Of a stretch of 64,000 nt of DNA, positions 34,833 to 44,497 are shown in pieces (position 1 is the first letter of the stretch; each line of letters opens with the position of its first letter). The notes below the pieces were generated by a model that saw nothing but the letters and a program-made list of their open reading frames with translations, did not search any database and was not told where the DNA came from. A program made the position numbers and the translations under genes. The stretch is taken from IMG/VR virus record IMGVR_UViG_3300013117_000371. One strand, written 5' to 3'. This DNA comes from a virus.

Positions 34833-35238
34833 CGGCGAGCTTCTTCGCCTCCTTTTGTGACTGCACTTCCAGGATTCCCCGTACCGGGTGCTGAATGACG
34901 TACACGGGCGCCTCCTCGCGCTCCTCTCCCGCGAACGGAAGGGGCATAATGTGAAAGCCGGAGAGGATTGTCCCGGCGTGCTTTCGGTACCACGTGTACG
35001 GAATTACGTAACCCTTGATGCACAAGTTGGTATAGAAGTCTCCTTTCCCCTCCACAACCAATTGATTGTGGAACAGCGCAATGCCGATTCTCAACTTGTC
35101 GACTGGGATGTGGACGCCCAGCGCCTTCCCACGAGCCTCTACCCACCGCCTCACTTCCCACACGATATCGTCAGCGGTGGGGCTCCTCTTGGCCAGGGCG
35201 TTCCTCACTACCTCAGCAAGCCCCTCTGACCACCTCAT
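34780..35238 (-). CDS. Hypothetical protein
   Basis: ATGA overlap with the methyltransferase stop. Confidence 0.6.
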   Translation of the reverse strand: MRWSEGLAEVVRNALAKRSPTADDIVWEVRRWVEARGKALGVHIPVDKLRIGIALFHNQLVVEGKGDFYTNLCIKGYVIPYTWYRKHAGTILSGFHIMPLPFAGEEREEAPVYVIQHPVRGILEVQSQKEAKKLADDYAAQQNAWDGAPPLV

Positions 35239-37100
35239 GTTCTGGCTTCTCTTTGAAATAGCAAGATCGCCTCTTCCTGAATGATCCTATCCTGCCACGG
35301 CACCTGCGAATTGCTATTGTTCGTCTTCAGCTTGTGTCTTATTGCGCCCGTCGTCCGCAAACCAACAGATGCGAACACCTCGCAGATAATCTCATCGGTA
35401 GGAATCACCCTATCACCGAGCCTCTTGTTTCCAACGACGAAAGCTACTTGCCCACCATCGTCCAGCCACTCAGACATCCGCTCTCCAACGGACAGCATGT
35501 CCTGGAAAAACTGCATCATCGCTCGCCGGCGGGCTTCCATCTTGGGGGCGACTTCTTCAGCGCCAAAGAACTCATGGAATGTGGGAGAGACCTTTCGCAC
35601 GCCAGGCCTATCCCCCACGGCGAGTGGTTCTACATACTCGGATCCAATCGTCTTGTCCCGAGTCTCGTAGGGGTCGTGCTTGAGTTCAGCCACAAGGGCC
35701 CGATAGGAGAGCAAGTGCGTTCGGAGGTAGCTCAATGCCTCTACGCCATATGGTGGGGACGTGATGACGTGAGTAAGAGAGCGGGCACCAAGATCGACGT
35801 CAAGGACCGAAGCCTCATGCACGGTGACAGCATTTGGGGGGCCAACAAGATCGCCGTGCGAATGAACCGATGCGTCAATGCTATTCGCCATTCTGTTGAT
35901 GTGCTTGGCCACAATTTCACCTACGTTTACGTCCGTTCTGGGAGTGGCTCTGTATTCCGCTCGAACGACATCGACGTCAACATTGCCGATGCTCCTCATC
36001 CTCGCCGAGAGTGCAACGAGGAGAGCATCCCTTGCAAACCCGGACTCCTTCAAGGCGAGTTCAACAGCGATCGAGACACCAAGCAAGGCTTCTTGAGTGA
36101 ACCAACGCTCCACATTGGAGAAGGCAGGCACGGGATTGCCGGGGCGTGCGAGTATCGCCGAGTGGTCCAGAGAATGAACATCCCTGCCGCCAAGGAACGA
36201 ATTCCAGCCCCTCCAATAGTCCCGCACGAACTGCTTGGCGCCCTGACGCAGCAACTGAGGGTCAAGTGGAAACGCAGCCTTGGTCCAAGACAGGAGGGCG
36301 GAAAGCGGACAGACCTCGATTCCCACGAAAGGAATTCCGAGCAGGCGGCATTCGACGGCCGTAGTCCCGCTACCGAGAAACGGATCGCACACGACGTCCG
36401 ATTTGCCTGCTCCGAAGTAGTTCAGCAAGGTGCGAACGACATGTGGGGGGAAACGCCCTACGTAGCGATGCCATCCATGCGAGCCGTAGTTCGAATTCCA
36501 GGACACAGCGGTGGGTTTTGGCTTCTCAAGTTGGAATTGAGCAGTGAACTCTCGTTCTCCAATCTTCTCGACGAGGGAAAGCCTCCGTACTGCGGTTCTC
36601 CGAGGGAACGGGCGGAGCCCCTCAACCTGCATGCTGAGTAGAGTTTGGTGGAACTCCAACTGGTCCGGCGGTCCATTTCGCATCCAAGGCATGGGAACGG
36701 CTTGAGCAGTTCCCCATGGGAATTGCAGTGGTAACAGCGATTCAGCTTTGAGGGCAGCCGCCCTCTGGAGGGCAGTGGGCCCCGTACGTTCGGTGAGCCG
36801 AGGAATGGAGGGATCACGCAGCCCTTCGGCAAGGTCTCTCTCGGAGGATCCTGGCAGAGGGAAAAGCATGCCTCCGGAGAAAGAATTACTGGGTGCTTTG
36901 GCCTGCCGGACATCCTGCAACTTCTTGTCGGGAGGCGAATGTGAAGTCAGCTCGCGCATCGGAGTTCTGACTGAGCGTACTCCCTTCTGCGCCTCTTCTA
37001 ATTCCTTCAGCGTGATCTTCTTGACGTCCAAATCTACTCCTTCGTATCGTGCCCGTTCTCTTCGGGATTTGTTCGACCGGCTGCATCGCCCGAGCGTCAT
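35235..37100 (-). CDS. Orphan amino-DNA methyltransferase, probably N4-cytosine (motif I before motif IV)
   Basis: HGWHRYVGRFPP, VCDPFLGSGTT, GIEVCPL, VITSPPY; start uncertain. Confidence 0.85.
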   Translation of the reverse strand: MTLGRCSRSNKSRRERARYEGVDLDVKKITLKELEEAQKGVRSVRTPMRELTSHSPPDKKLQDVRQAKAPSNSFSGGMLFPLPGSSERDLAEGLRDPSIPRLTERTGPTALQRAAALKAESLLPLQFPWGTAQAVPMPWMRNGPPDQLEFHQTLLSMQVEGLRPFPRRTAVRRLSLVEKIGEREFTAQFQLEKPKPTAVSWNSNYGSHGWHRYVGRFPPHVVRTLLNYFGAGKSDVVCDPFLGSGTTAVECRLLGIPFVGIEVCPLSALLSWTKAAFPLDPQLLRQGAKQFVRDYWRGWNSFLGGRDVHSLDHSAILARPGNPVPAFSNVERWFTQEALLGVSIAVELALKESGFARDALLVALSARMRSIGNVDVDVVRAEYRATPRTDVNVGEIVAKHINRMANSIDASVHSHGDLVGPPNAVTVHEASVLDVDLGARSLTHVITSPPYGVEALSYLRTHLLSYRALVAELKHDPYETRDKTIGSEYVEPLAVGDRPGVRKVSPTFHEFFGAEEVAPKMEARRRAMMQFFQDMLSVGERMSEWLDDGGQVAFVVGNKRLGDRVIPTDEIICEVFASVGLRTTGAIRHKLKTNNSNSQVPWQDRIIQEEAILLFQREART

Positions 37101-37127
37101 GCACGCCCGAGAGCCGATCCCCCGGAG

Positions 37128-37316
37128 TCAGCACCCCTTAACTTTGCCAGACTGTCCTCCCGGCATCAAGGATTGTTTCCGAGTTTTCTTTGTCCCATCC
37201 CTTTGGCGAGCGGCATCTTGGCCCAGTGAGGCCAACGGAAATGTCTCCACCCCCGGGAGGGTACCCCGGTCCCCGATGGCAGCGTCCCCTACGGGGGGTT
37301 TGGCCTTCTTACCCAT
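37128..37316 (-). CDS. Small hypothetical protein
   Basis: Overlaps the HTH gene stop. Confidence 0.4.
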   Translation of the reverse strand: MGKKAKPPVGDAAIGDRGTLPGVETFPLASLGQDAARQRDGTKKTRKQSLMPGGQSGKVKGC

Positions 37317-37695
37317 TGGCCTCCCCCATCGTCAGCAGTACCTGCAACATCTGGGGCTTGTTGAGTTCCTTCACCGACTCATAGGCCCTACGCCGCTTCT
37401 TAGGGGGCATTTGCTTGACGCCTTGCACGGCCAGGTCCCACACCGCCGCAGCACTCGTCAGCAAGTCAATCGCAGGGACATCCAGCGCTTCAGCGTGGCG
37501 AACCAAGGTGAGCAGTCGAATATCCTGATTGTCGTGCCGCTCCATCTTGGACACTGCGACCGGGTGCACCCCCATCCGCTCCGCCACCTCCACCTGGGTC
37601 ATCCCTTGCTGCTCCCGGAGCAGCCGCATGGTGTAGTACACAGCGGTGCACAACGACAAGCCCAGTTTTTCTATTACCTCGTCAGCTTTCATCAA
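37309..37695 (-). CDS. XRE/Cro-CI family HTH regulator
   Basis: MRLLREQQGMTQVEVAERMGVHPVAVSKMER. Confidence 0.85.
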   Translation of the reverse strand: MMKADEVIEKLGLSLCTAVYYTMRLLREQQGMTQVEVAERMGVHPVAVSKMERHDNQDIRLLTLVRHAEALDVPAIDLLTSAAAVWDLAVQGVKQMPPKKRRRAYESVKELNKPQMLQVLLTMGEANG

Positions 37696-37864
37696 GGAGG
37701 TCCTCCGTTATCGTCTCCGCCTCTACCTTGTCCCCCGGCCCCAACGTGATGCTGATCGTCACCTTCTTCTTAGGTACGGGGAAGACCCCGTCGAAGCCAG
37801 GAGCAACCCTGAAAGGGACGGTCCCTCCCAAATCCACGTGGTCGTCACTCCGGTAGCACATCAC
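37682..37864 (-). CDS. Small hypothetical protein
   Basis: Coupled on both sides. Confidence 0.5.
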   Translation of the reverse strand: MMCYRSDDHVDLGGTVPFRVAPGFDGVFPVPKKKVTISITLGPGDKVEAETITEDLLDES

Positions 37865-38955
37865 GCCCCTTCGTTTTTTTGCCCCAACAGGGGGGCAACG
37901 ACCCGCACAAGCATACCCTTGTCCACAACGAGCACGGGCACATCCTCCAACTCCCCGTCTTCCCGAATGAGCGCTACTCCCCGCAGCAGCACGACGTCCT
38001 CCTCCTCTGCAACTTCCTCCACGGAGACGATGGTCTTTGCCAAAGGCGGGGGTTCCTCCCCCGACGGGGACGCCGTTTTGCAGCGCTCCCCCACGCCCTC
38101 TGTTGTGGAGGGTTCAGGCTCCATCCCCGGCAAATAGGGCTCTTCATCCTCTTCTCCCAACTCGGAGCGGGAGTGTTTCCCCGCTATATCCCTCAAAGTT
38201 TTGGACACGTCATCGTGAGTGCCCTTGCACCGCCACACCAACTCTCCTTCCAGGGTGAGGGAACCGATCATGTCGCCCGGGTCTGTGGACTCCGGGTCGG
38301 ACATGATGACCGCAGTGTATATTCTCTCCCCCGTGCCTATATCCTCAGCCAACTCCAGTCGTGTGACGGTGGTGGTGACCGGGGACACTTGCCCTGCCTC
38401 CCCCACTACGCCCACCTCCCCCTCGAATTCTTCGCAGTCCAACAAGCGATTGTACCTGTAGCCTACCTGGCGGATCAACGCCACCGTGATGTGCTCTAGC
38501 AATTCAAGGACAGGGAAGGCGTACACCACCTTCTTCAAGGAGGTTTCCTCAAACAACGGGTCCCGCTTGGGGGGGCGCTGCCCCACGGAGCGGCAGCGGT
38601 CGAGTGCATCAGTTACCACCTCCTCCAGGGCCTCCAACCCCCGCTCCTCGGCGCCCTCGGCGTCGGACTCGCTGCGAATAGCAGTGTTACGCGAAAAGCT
38701 CAGGATGGCTGCGCCTTGCAAAGCATCCACCACTCGGCAAAGGATGAGATCCTGCACTCGAGAAGCCTCCTCCTTCGTAAACGTCCTCCCCTTCACCTTC
38801 TCGGCGATGCCCGCCACCCCTTTCAGCTCGTCCGCTACCGCCAACAACAGGGGCGAAACTGCCCCCTGCCGACGAATAAGCTCATCCTCGAAGGCCACTT
38901 TTCCCGCCAACGCTGACAACAACTCAGCTTTCTTCTTCATCACCTGTTCCTCCAT
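37861..38955 (-). CDS. Acidic hypothetical protein
   Basis: 364 aa ORF. Confidence 0.7.
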   Translation of the reverse strand: MEEQVMKKKAELLSALAGKVAFEDELIRRQGAVSPLLLAVADELKGVAGIAEKVKGRTFTKEEASRVQDLILCRVVDALQGAAILSFSRNTAIRSESDAEGAEERGLEALEEVVTDALDRCRSVGQRPPKRDPLFEETSLKKVVYAFPVLELLEHITVALIRQVGYRYNRLLDCEEFEGEVGVVGEAGQVSPVTTTVTRLELAEDIGTGERIYTAVIMSDPESTDPGDMIGSLTLEGELVWRCKGTHDDVSKTLRDIAGKHSRSELGEEDEEPYLPGMEPEPSTTEGVGERCKTASPSGEEPPPLAKTIVSVEEVAEEEDVVLLRGVALIREDGELEDVPVLVVDKGMLVRVVAPLLGQKNEGA

Positions 38956-38958
38956 TAG

Positions 38959-39453
38959 TTACTCAGTCCATGTCACCGGCCGGTACATTGGCGGCCCCTC
39001 ACTCCAGGGGGTGAACAGCACCCCCGAGTTCGGGACCTGGGCCGTGTGCTTCGCTCCGTCAAACTTCACCCTTGGGTCGAGGGGGAACACCGTATCCGAC
39101 ATCGGTACCGCACAACGCCACCACTCCGTCTCGTGCCTGGAGTAGCATAGCACGAACACGAGAGTGTTGGGCCACCGGCTCTCCTCGTACGCCCTTCGCA
39201 CCCACAGCCCGTTCGTTCCCCGGCTGTAGGGGAAGTTGAGGAAGATACGAGTCCCCAGCTCGTGCCAGGGCAACGCCAACGCATCCTCTCCCAACGGGGA
39301 CCCCGGCCCCAACCACCGCTCGCACTTGTGGTTCCCAGCATGGGCGGCGGCGTCCAGGTCGAACCTGAACACATGGTCGAAATAGTCGTACAGCTCCTGA
39401 GGAGTACCATAGTCCTCCTTGCCGCCGCCCGAAGGCTCTAAAGGGAAACCCAT
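38959..39453 (-). CDS. Phage N6-adenine DNA methyltransferase (Dam/PF05869-like) with NFPY variant motif
   Basis: YGTPQELY, FDLDAAA..GNHKC, DALALPW, FLNFPYS, WVRRAYEE, ETEWW. Confidence 0.8.
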   Translation of the reverse strand: MGFPLEPSGGGKEDYGTPQELYDYFDHVFRFDLDAAAHAGNHKCERWLGPGSPLGEDALALPWHELGTRIFLNFPYSRGTNGLWVRRAYEESRWPNTLVFVLCYSRHETEWWRCAVPMSDTVFPLDPRVKFDGAKHTAQVPNSGVLFTPWSEGPPMYRPVTWTE

Positions 39454-39454
39454 A

Positions 39455-39613
39455 CTAGAACTCTTCGTTGTCGTTGAGGGTATCCAACATGACGTCGATG
39501 CGGCCGGCGATCTCCTCCAGTGAGTCCCGGGTTTGCCTTTGGCTCACCGACGTGTCTCCGAACACCTCCTCAATGGCGGCTTTGGCCGCTTCCACTTTGT
39601 CTGCGTGTTCCAT
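39455..39613 (-). CDS. Small acidic protein (52 aa)
   Basis: GGAGGGAG SD; MEHADKVEAAK... Confidence 0.55.
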   Translation of the reverse strand: MEHADKVEAAKAAIEEVFGDTSVSQRQTRDSLEEIAGRIDVMLDTLNDNEEF

Positions 39614-39661
39614 TGCCAAACTCCCTCCTAAGTAATAAGCACCCCCCGAACTACTTCTCTG

Positions 39662-40399
39662 CTAAAGGGCATCTTCCGCCTCTCCTACTTCATCTTCGTC
39701 AAGGAAAAACCCCCTCCTGGTAGCTTCCTCCTCCTGCGCCTCGGAGATGTCGAACCCCTCCAACACTCCGTCGTTCACCCACGCCCATCCATTTGACTTG
39801 AGCTCCCAGGAGGAACTCTCGAGAACCCACATAGCGTATTGGTCCTTCTCAGTGCCCAGGCACCCCTGGAACTCCCCCTTTGGGTCCATCCACCCATGCT
39901 GGGAATCGGGGACCTTCAAGTGGTCCCAAGACAGGTCCGAGAAGAACTCCGCCTCCATGCGTTGCAAGACCACGTGGTCCGAGCACTTGGGCATGTACCC
40001 GCCGACATCGTTCACCCAGGCTTTCTCAGACTCTAGGAACCATGACGTGATCGGAATCCCTCGAGCTGCTGCGTAGGTCACTAGGGCAAACACCTTCATG
40101 TTAACGTTCTTCTTCCCCCTTTTGATGCCTCGCATTACCCGATTCACTGTGGCAAGTCCATCCCCGCCGAGGGCTCTCTTCATACCCCGCAACAGCTCAT
40201 CCAATTGCCGCACCAGGCCCTCCACCCCCAGGGGGTCCCTTTGGGACATCTTCGCCACTTCCTCAGCCAACTCAGCCAGCCGCCCCACCAAAGCGTCCCG
40301 CTCCTTGCGCCAATCCTTGGGGGGAATGCGCTGCTTCAACCCCTTCACAACGATGCGCAGCTTCCGGTTCTCCCGGCGCAGGTCTTCAAGCTCTCCCAT
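39662..40399 (-). CDS. Hypothetical protein (N-terminal coiled coil)
   Basis: 245 aa ORF. Confidence 0.7.
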   Translation of the reverse strand: MGELEDLRRENRKLRIVVKGLKQRIPPKDWRKERDALVGRLAELAEEVAKMSQRDPLGVEGLVRQLDELLRGMKRALGGDGLATVNRVMRGIKRGKKNVNMKVFALVTYAAARGIPITSWFLESEKAWVNDVGGYMPKCSDHVVLQRMEAEFFSDLSWDHLKVPDSQHGWMDPKGEFQGCLGTEKDQYAMWVLESSSWELKSNGWAWVNDGVLEGFDISEAQEEEATRRGFFLDEDEVGEAEDAL

Positions 40400-40564
40400 C
40401 TACTCAAACTCCTGGTCGTAGTGCTCATCGGCGGCCTGAATGACCGCCTCGGCCGCAGTGCTCCCCTTGCTGATCACGCCGCCAGTGACGTGGCAGTACA
40501 CCTCTCCAACGTTCTGCATCACTCCAGCCCCAGGACAGCCCAGAATCTTCTGCTCACTCCCCAT
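40400..40564 (-). CDS. Small hypothetical protein (54 aa)
   Basis: Fills the gap between neighbours. Confidence 0.45.
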   Translation of the reverse strand: MGSEQKILGCPGAGVMQNVGEVYCHVTGGVISKGSTAAEAVIQAADEHYDQEFE

Positions 40565-40961
40565 CGTTCTCCCCGCTCAGCACCGAGCACTCGTGGAAGT
40601 TCATTTCGTCGATGACCGTGACGTCCCCCTCCTGGTGGGACTTCTTTATGGCGCCCCCGAGCCCCATAGGTAGTGTGCCCATCGGCAGCACTCTCGAGTG
40701 GTCGGGGGACTCACGCATCTTGCGGAATTCCTCCCGCATCACCCCCAGTTGGTCCTTGGTGTACGCCCGCCCATCATGGGTGAATATCCTGTTCCCGCCG
40801 AAAGAATGCACCCGCACCTTCAGGGGGTCCAAGAGGCGGTACATGGTCCCCTCCGGCGTCTCCACCTCCAAGGAGAGGGCGTTCCCGTAGAACAGCAACT
40901 CCAGCTCCATGAGGGCGTCGAGCTCTACCTTGGTGTGGAGCTTCGTGTACTTGTCAGCCAT
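40554..40961 (-). CDS. Hypothetical protein
   Basis: TGATG coupling. Confidence 0.65.
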   Translation of the reverse strand: MADKYTKLHTKVELDALMELELLFYGNALSLEVETPEGTMYRLLDPLKVRVHSFGGNRIFTHDGRAYTKDQLGVMREEFRKMRESPDHSRVLPMGTLPMGLGGAIKKSHQEGDVTVIDEMNFHECSVLSGENDGE

Positions 40962-41482
40962 CAGTTGTCCAGCTTTTCCGGCTTGGCCTGCTTGGCCTGC
41001 TCCAAGACGGCCATGAGGAAAGTACGTATCCCGTGCCCCACATGGCTAGGTGGAAGCAGGGAGCACACCTTCGTGATGAAGGAAGTCTGCTTGCTCAACC
41101 GGGGGAGCGCTACCTTGAGCTCCAGTGTTACCTGACGAGAATCGCTCACCGCCTCTTTCCGGGCCGTCTCCGCCGCTGCCAACTCGTTGATGAGGGCCTC
41201 CATCCCCTCCGGGACATCCTGCACCGCCAAGTCGACGTACTTGTAGAGGCAAACGGCCATCGCCATCCCCTGATAGAACCCGATGGCCCGCTCACTGGCG
41301 CCCCGCGCCCCACCCCCAACAAGAGCCTCTCCCAGGTAGTCCTTGATTTTCCCTACCACCCCCGGGGGTATCCGGTAGTCCTTGACGAACTGCCAGTTCA
41401 ACGTGCGCAGCTTGTCAATACCACTCTCCTCGTCGACGATGGCCAGTACCCGCTCTACGAACTCCATCAGCTCAAATGACAT
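40961..41482 (-). CDS. Hypothetical protein
   Basis: TAATG coupling. Confidence 0.7.
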   Translation of the reverse strand: MSFELMEFVERVLAIVDEESGIDKLRTLNWQFVKDYRIPPGVVGKIKDYLGEALVGGGARGASERAIGFYQGMAMAVCLYKYVDLAVQDVPEGMEALINELAAAETARKEAVSDSRQVTLELKVALPRLSKQTSFITKVCSLLPPSHVGHGIRTFLMAVLEQAKQAKPEKLDN

Positions 41483-41838
41483 TACGATTCCCCCTTAGGG
41501 CAATTGCCCTCCGGTAGCAGATCCGCACAGAGTCGGGCTAGTCGGACACCCTCTTCTGTCGGTTCGAATCTGGCCAGCACTGGATGCCCACCCCCTAAGA
41601 AGTGGGGGTCCAACTTTCCATTGTCCTTGTAGACGCCTCGGGTGAGGAGGAGCTTTCGGCCATCGAAGGTGGTACATCCTTCGTAGTCCACCACCAGAAT
41701 CGAATGGCCGTTCCGGTCCTCTTGGGCTACTATCGTGTACTTGAAAGGATTGGGGTTCGGCGGCTCGGGGGGAGGGCAACTGCACTGGGTTTGGCAGGTA
41801 CAGCTACTCCCTCCGCTGAATAACGTTATCGCTCCCAT
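41482..41838 (-). CDS. Phage hypothetical protein (PNPNPF...GCTTFDGRK...LDPHF type)
   Basis: Motif pattern familiar from phage hypothetical proteins; TGATG coupling. Confidence 0.65.
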   Translation of the reverse strand: MGAITLFSGGSSCTCQTQCSCPPPEPPNPNPFKYTIVAQEDRNGHSILVVDYEGCTTFDGRKLLLTRGVYKDNGKLDPHFLGGGHPVLARFEPTEEGVRLARLCADLLPEGNCPKGES

Positions 41839-41920
41839 CAGGACCCTCCCATTTGTTGGTGAGCTAATGATACCCACCCGATAAGGTCTGATCCCGGGAA
41901 CTCCACGTAGAATTCGTTCG

Positions 41921-42580
41921 TCATTCCTCCTCCGACCCCTTGGTGGGCATGTCCAACAACGCCTCCAAGGACCTGGTCCCATGCAAGGAAATATGGGAGT
42001 CGTAGTCCTCCATAGTCTGCAACAAGTGCCTCAAGCAGTCCCGCACTTTGTCCTGAGTGTTGCAATTCGGGCACGGCGCCCCCAACCGTCTCGCTTCCTC
42101 CCGAGTGAGTGGGCAGCCCTGGATGAATTCGTCACTTTCCGCCAACGCCCGCAGCTGGGCCTTCCGGCCAGCTCGGTCCACCACTGCCTCCGGCAACTTT
42201 TGCTGCAGGCGCTCCGCCAAATCCGTAGGGGTCTGGAAATACTCCCCCGGCAATGGGGGAGGCAGCACCACCCCGACGCCCTCAAGGATGTCCCCCGCCT
42301 CGAGCGTCATCCCCCGCTCCCAAACGGCCTTCAGGGCGTCCCATCGCTTGCGGCACTCCTTGCAGCCAGGGGGTTTGTCCGTGTAGCGCACCCTGTGCGG
42401 CTCAGCCGGAAGGCCGTACCTACCGAATAGGGCGCCCTCCTTGCAATCCAAACGAACGAACCTCGCCAACGGGGGAGCCGAGTTATTCAGGCGCTCCTTG
42501 AGACTCATCCCATAGTAGGAGGTCACCAGGTGCCAAGTGGCGTCCCTGCGGGGGTGCCATTGCAAAGTCAGGAACTTCAT
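41921..42580 (-). CDS. Hypothetical protein with CxxC pairs
   Basis: CKEC, CPNC; SD. Confidence 0.65.
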   Translation of the reverse strand: MKFLTLQWHPRRDATWHLVTSYYGMSLKERLNNSAPPLARFVRLDCKEGALFGRYGLPAEPHRVRYTDKPPGCKECRKRWDALKAVWERGMTLEAGDILEGVGVVLPPPLPGEYFQTPTDLAERLQQKLPEAVVDRAGRKAQLRALAESDEFIQGCPLTREEARRLGAPCPNCNTQDKVRDCLRHLLQTMEDYDSHISLHGTRSLEALLDMPTKGSEEE

Positions 42581-42807
42581 AGCACCCCCTCCCGTTCCAG
42601 CAGCCACCTGGTCACGCTGAGGTCCACTACCTCCCCTTCGGTGTAGCCCTCGTCCCCGTGCTCCAACTGAGAATGAGGTATCCACACCTCCGTGTCAACC
42701 TGGGTGATGCCGTCGGCTACCTCGATGTCAACCAGGACGGCGGCGTCGCTGGGCGCCACCACTACTCCCCGAACTGCTACATACTTGTCTTCGTCAAACC
42801 CGCTCAT
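42577..42807 (-). CDS. Small acidic hypothetical protein
   Basis: First gene after the promoter; GAGGG SD. Confidence 0.65.
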   Translation of the reverse strand: MSGFDEDKYVAVRGVVVAPSDAAVLVDIEVADGITQVDTEVWIPHSQLEHGDEGYTEGEVVDLSVTRWLLEREGVL

Positions 42808-42900
42808 GTCTCATTCCCTCGGCAGCACAGGCACCCTGAACTCCAGAGTGCCGAAACCACTTCTGCTTCTGCCAGCATCAAGTAACCCTCCGGTGCTGCA

Positions 42901-42944
42901 CTAACCCTACAGGCTACTCTACGTCGAAGGGGGAACCCTGTCAA
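42901..42944 (-). promoter_or_regulatory. sigma70-like promoter plus operator-like box
   Basis: TTGACA-N17-TAGAGT (42916-42944); CTAACCCTACAGG at 42901-42913, also present at 59205-59217. Confidence 0.6.
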
Positions 42945-42964
42945 GCTTTTTTTGTTTAACATCA

Positions 42965-42993
42965 TTCAATTCCTCGCCCGTATGTGCTATAAG
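42965..42993 (+). promoter_or_regulatory. Promoter of the TATAAG class
   Basis: TTCAAT-N17-TATAAG with TGC extension. Confidence 0.5.
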
Positions 42994-43021
42994 GACCATG
43001 GACCAACATACGGAGGGAAGA

Positions 43022-43357
43022 ATGACAAAGACACCGAGGGTAATCCTGGGGGACTCAACCCCGAAACCATGCAAATACCACCTCTCATTCGAAGGGGGGG
43101 TATTCTGTTGTACCTTCGCCCCGAGACATAAGGGGGAAGCCCCACAAGCGCTGGCGTCCTGGAACCGTAAGGGGGGAGGGTCCTACACACTACGACCCTA
43201 CGGGGTAAGTATCACCCAGACAGCCCCTGGCGCCGTCCTGGACTGGGAAAAAGTACCGGGGGTGTCGCTCTGGCTCACCGAAGCAACGCCCAAGATCGGG
43301 GGGGCCTGCAAAACGGGCTTCCCGCAAAAAAGAAAGGGGGAGACAAGTGAAGAATAA
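43022..43357 (+). CDS. Hypothetical protein, tandem paralog A
   Basis: FAPRH, LRPYGV, DWEKVPG.SLW shared with the next gene. Confidence 0.7.
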   Translation: MTKTPRVILGDSTPKPCKYHLSFEGGVFCCTFAPRHKGEAPQALASWNRKGGGSYTLRPYGVSITQTAPGAVLDWEKVPGVSLWLTEATPKIGGACKTGFPQKRKGETSEE

Positions 43358-43676
43358 CTTCCAAGAGTGGCCCCGGGAAAATGGGAGCCCAAAAGGCGTT
43401 GGCTACCACCTGGAGGATGCCGGGTGGACCTTCTATGCCTCCTTCGCCCCCAGACATGAGGGGTCGGCCAAGGAGACAGAGGGGAACCTCAATGGAACTG
43501 AAGGGAGGACCTTCGAGTTGCGTCCCTACGGGGTCAACTTCACCGGCCCAAGTGACGAATTCGGCGCCATTGCGGAAACGGACTGGGAGAAAGTCCCCGG
43601 TTTTTCGCTGTGGTTCACCCGGGACTTGGCAGTAGCCAAAGGTATAGCGACCTTGGCAGGGAAGGGCGATGCCTGA
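43347..43676 (+). CDS. Hypothetical protein, tandem paralog B
   Basis: Same motifs as paralog A; GTG start. Confidence 0.7.
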   Translation: MKNNFQEWPRENGSPKGVGYHLEDAGWTFYASFAPRHEGSAKETEGNLNGTEGRTFELRPYGVNFTGPSDEFGAIAETDWEKVPGFSLWFTRDLAVAKGIATLAGKGDA

Positions 43677-44007
43677 AAAGATTGAATTCCACCCCGGATT
43701 CGGGGATGAACTGTGGGAGAACCTCCCCAAGGTAGTTCAGGGGGCCTTCATGGCCTCCGGACTGAGCCGCAAAGACTTCATCCGGGGCTGGGCGCAGTCG
43801 CTGTCCTGGCCCCGCAGGGAGCGGGAGCACGCCATTATGGCCGTCACCTCCGCCGGCCAACTCTGGGTCGCTGCCATGAGCTCCGGCCTGTGGAAGGGCG
43901 CAGCGCTGGTCAAGGACGTCCCCGTCAAGCTCTCACCGGGCAGTAGCTTGGAGAGCGGGGTTCGGGCGTTCCTGGAGGCCGCCCACGCCACCATGAAAGG
44001 CACTTAG
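43669..44007 (+). CDS. Hypothetical protein
   Basis: Overlaps the previous gene. Confidence 0.65.
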   Translation: MPEKIEFHPGFGDELWENLPKVVQGAFMASGLSRKDFIRGWAQSLSWPRREREHAIMAVTSAGQLWVAAMSSGLWKGAALVKDVPVKLSPGSSLESGVRAFLEAAHATMKGT

Positions 44008-44029
44008 CAAGGGGGGATAGGAGAAACCA

Positions 44030-44389
44030 ATGCAAAAAATACTAGTAGTAGGCAGACCCATGACAGGAAAGACCTCGTTCGCCCGGGGTCTCAAGGGGAC
44101 AATTGAGAGTACCAGCCATGCCTCTGGTAGAGAATTGCGGGTCGCTACCTACGACCCAGACGTCTACCCCAACCGGGGGGACATCGAGGCCTGGCTCAAG
44201 ATGGTGGAGGGGCAAGGATTCGACGCTGCCATCGTCACCGCCCAGCTCTCCGCCAGGGAACCTCCTACGATGCACCACGAAGGGGAGCACTACGAGTGCC
44301 ATGCGTGGCCGCTCATCGACCAGTTCAGCTCAGTGTACCGAGTGGAGCGGGTGCGCCTGAAGAAGGCCGCCGTGGACGACCGCCTGTAG
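44030..44389 (+). CDS. Small P-loop-containing protein
   Basis: ILVVGRPMTGKTSFA Walker A-like. Confidence 0.55.
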   Translation: MQKILVVGRPMTGKTSFARGLKGTIESTSHASGRELRVATYDPDVYPNRGDIEAWLKMVEGQGFDAAIVTAQLSAREPPTMHHEGEHYECHAWPLIDQFSSVYRVERVRLKKAAVDDRL

Positions 44390-44497
44390 TCCGCGCACAT
44401 CCCCGCAATTTCCAGCTATAAGAGTAGTGAGGAGGAACGCCGAAGGAAACATAGCGTTCCTAGCGACTCCCCTACGGGGGAAAGGAGGTAAAGCGAA

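Noticed and set aside
35334-37749. + strand ORFs of 435 and 333 aa
   Set aside because: Antisense to the methyltransferase and HTH genes; no motifs or SD support.
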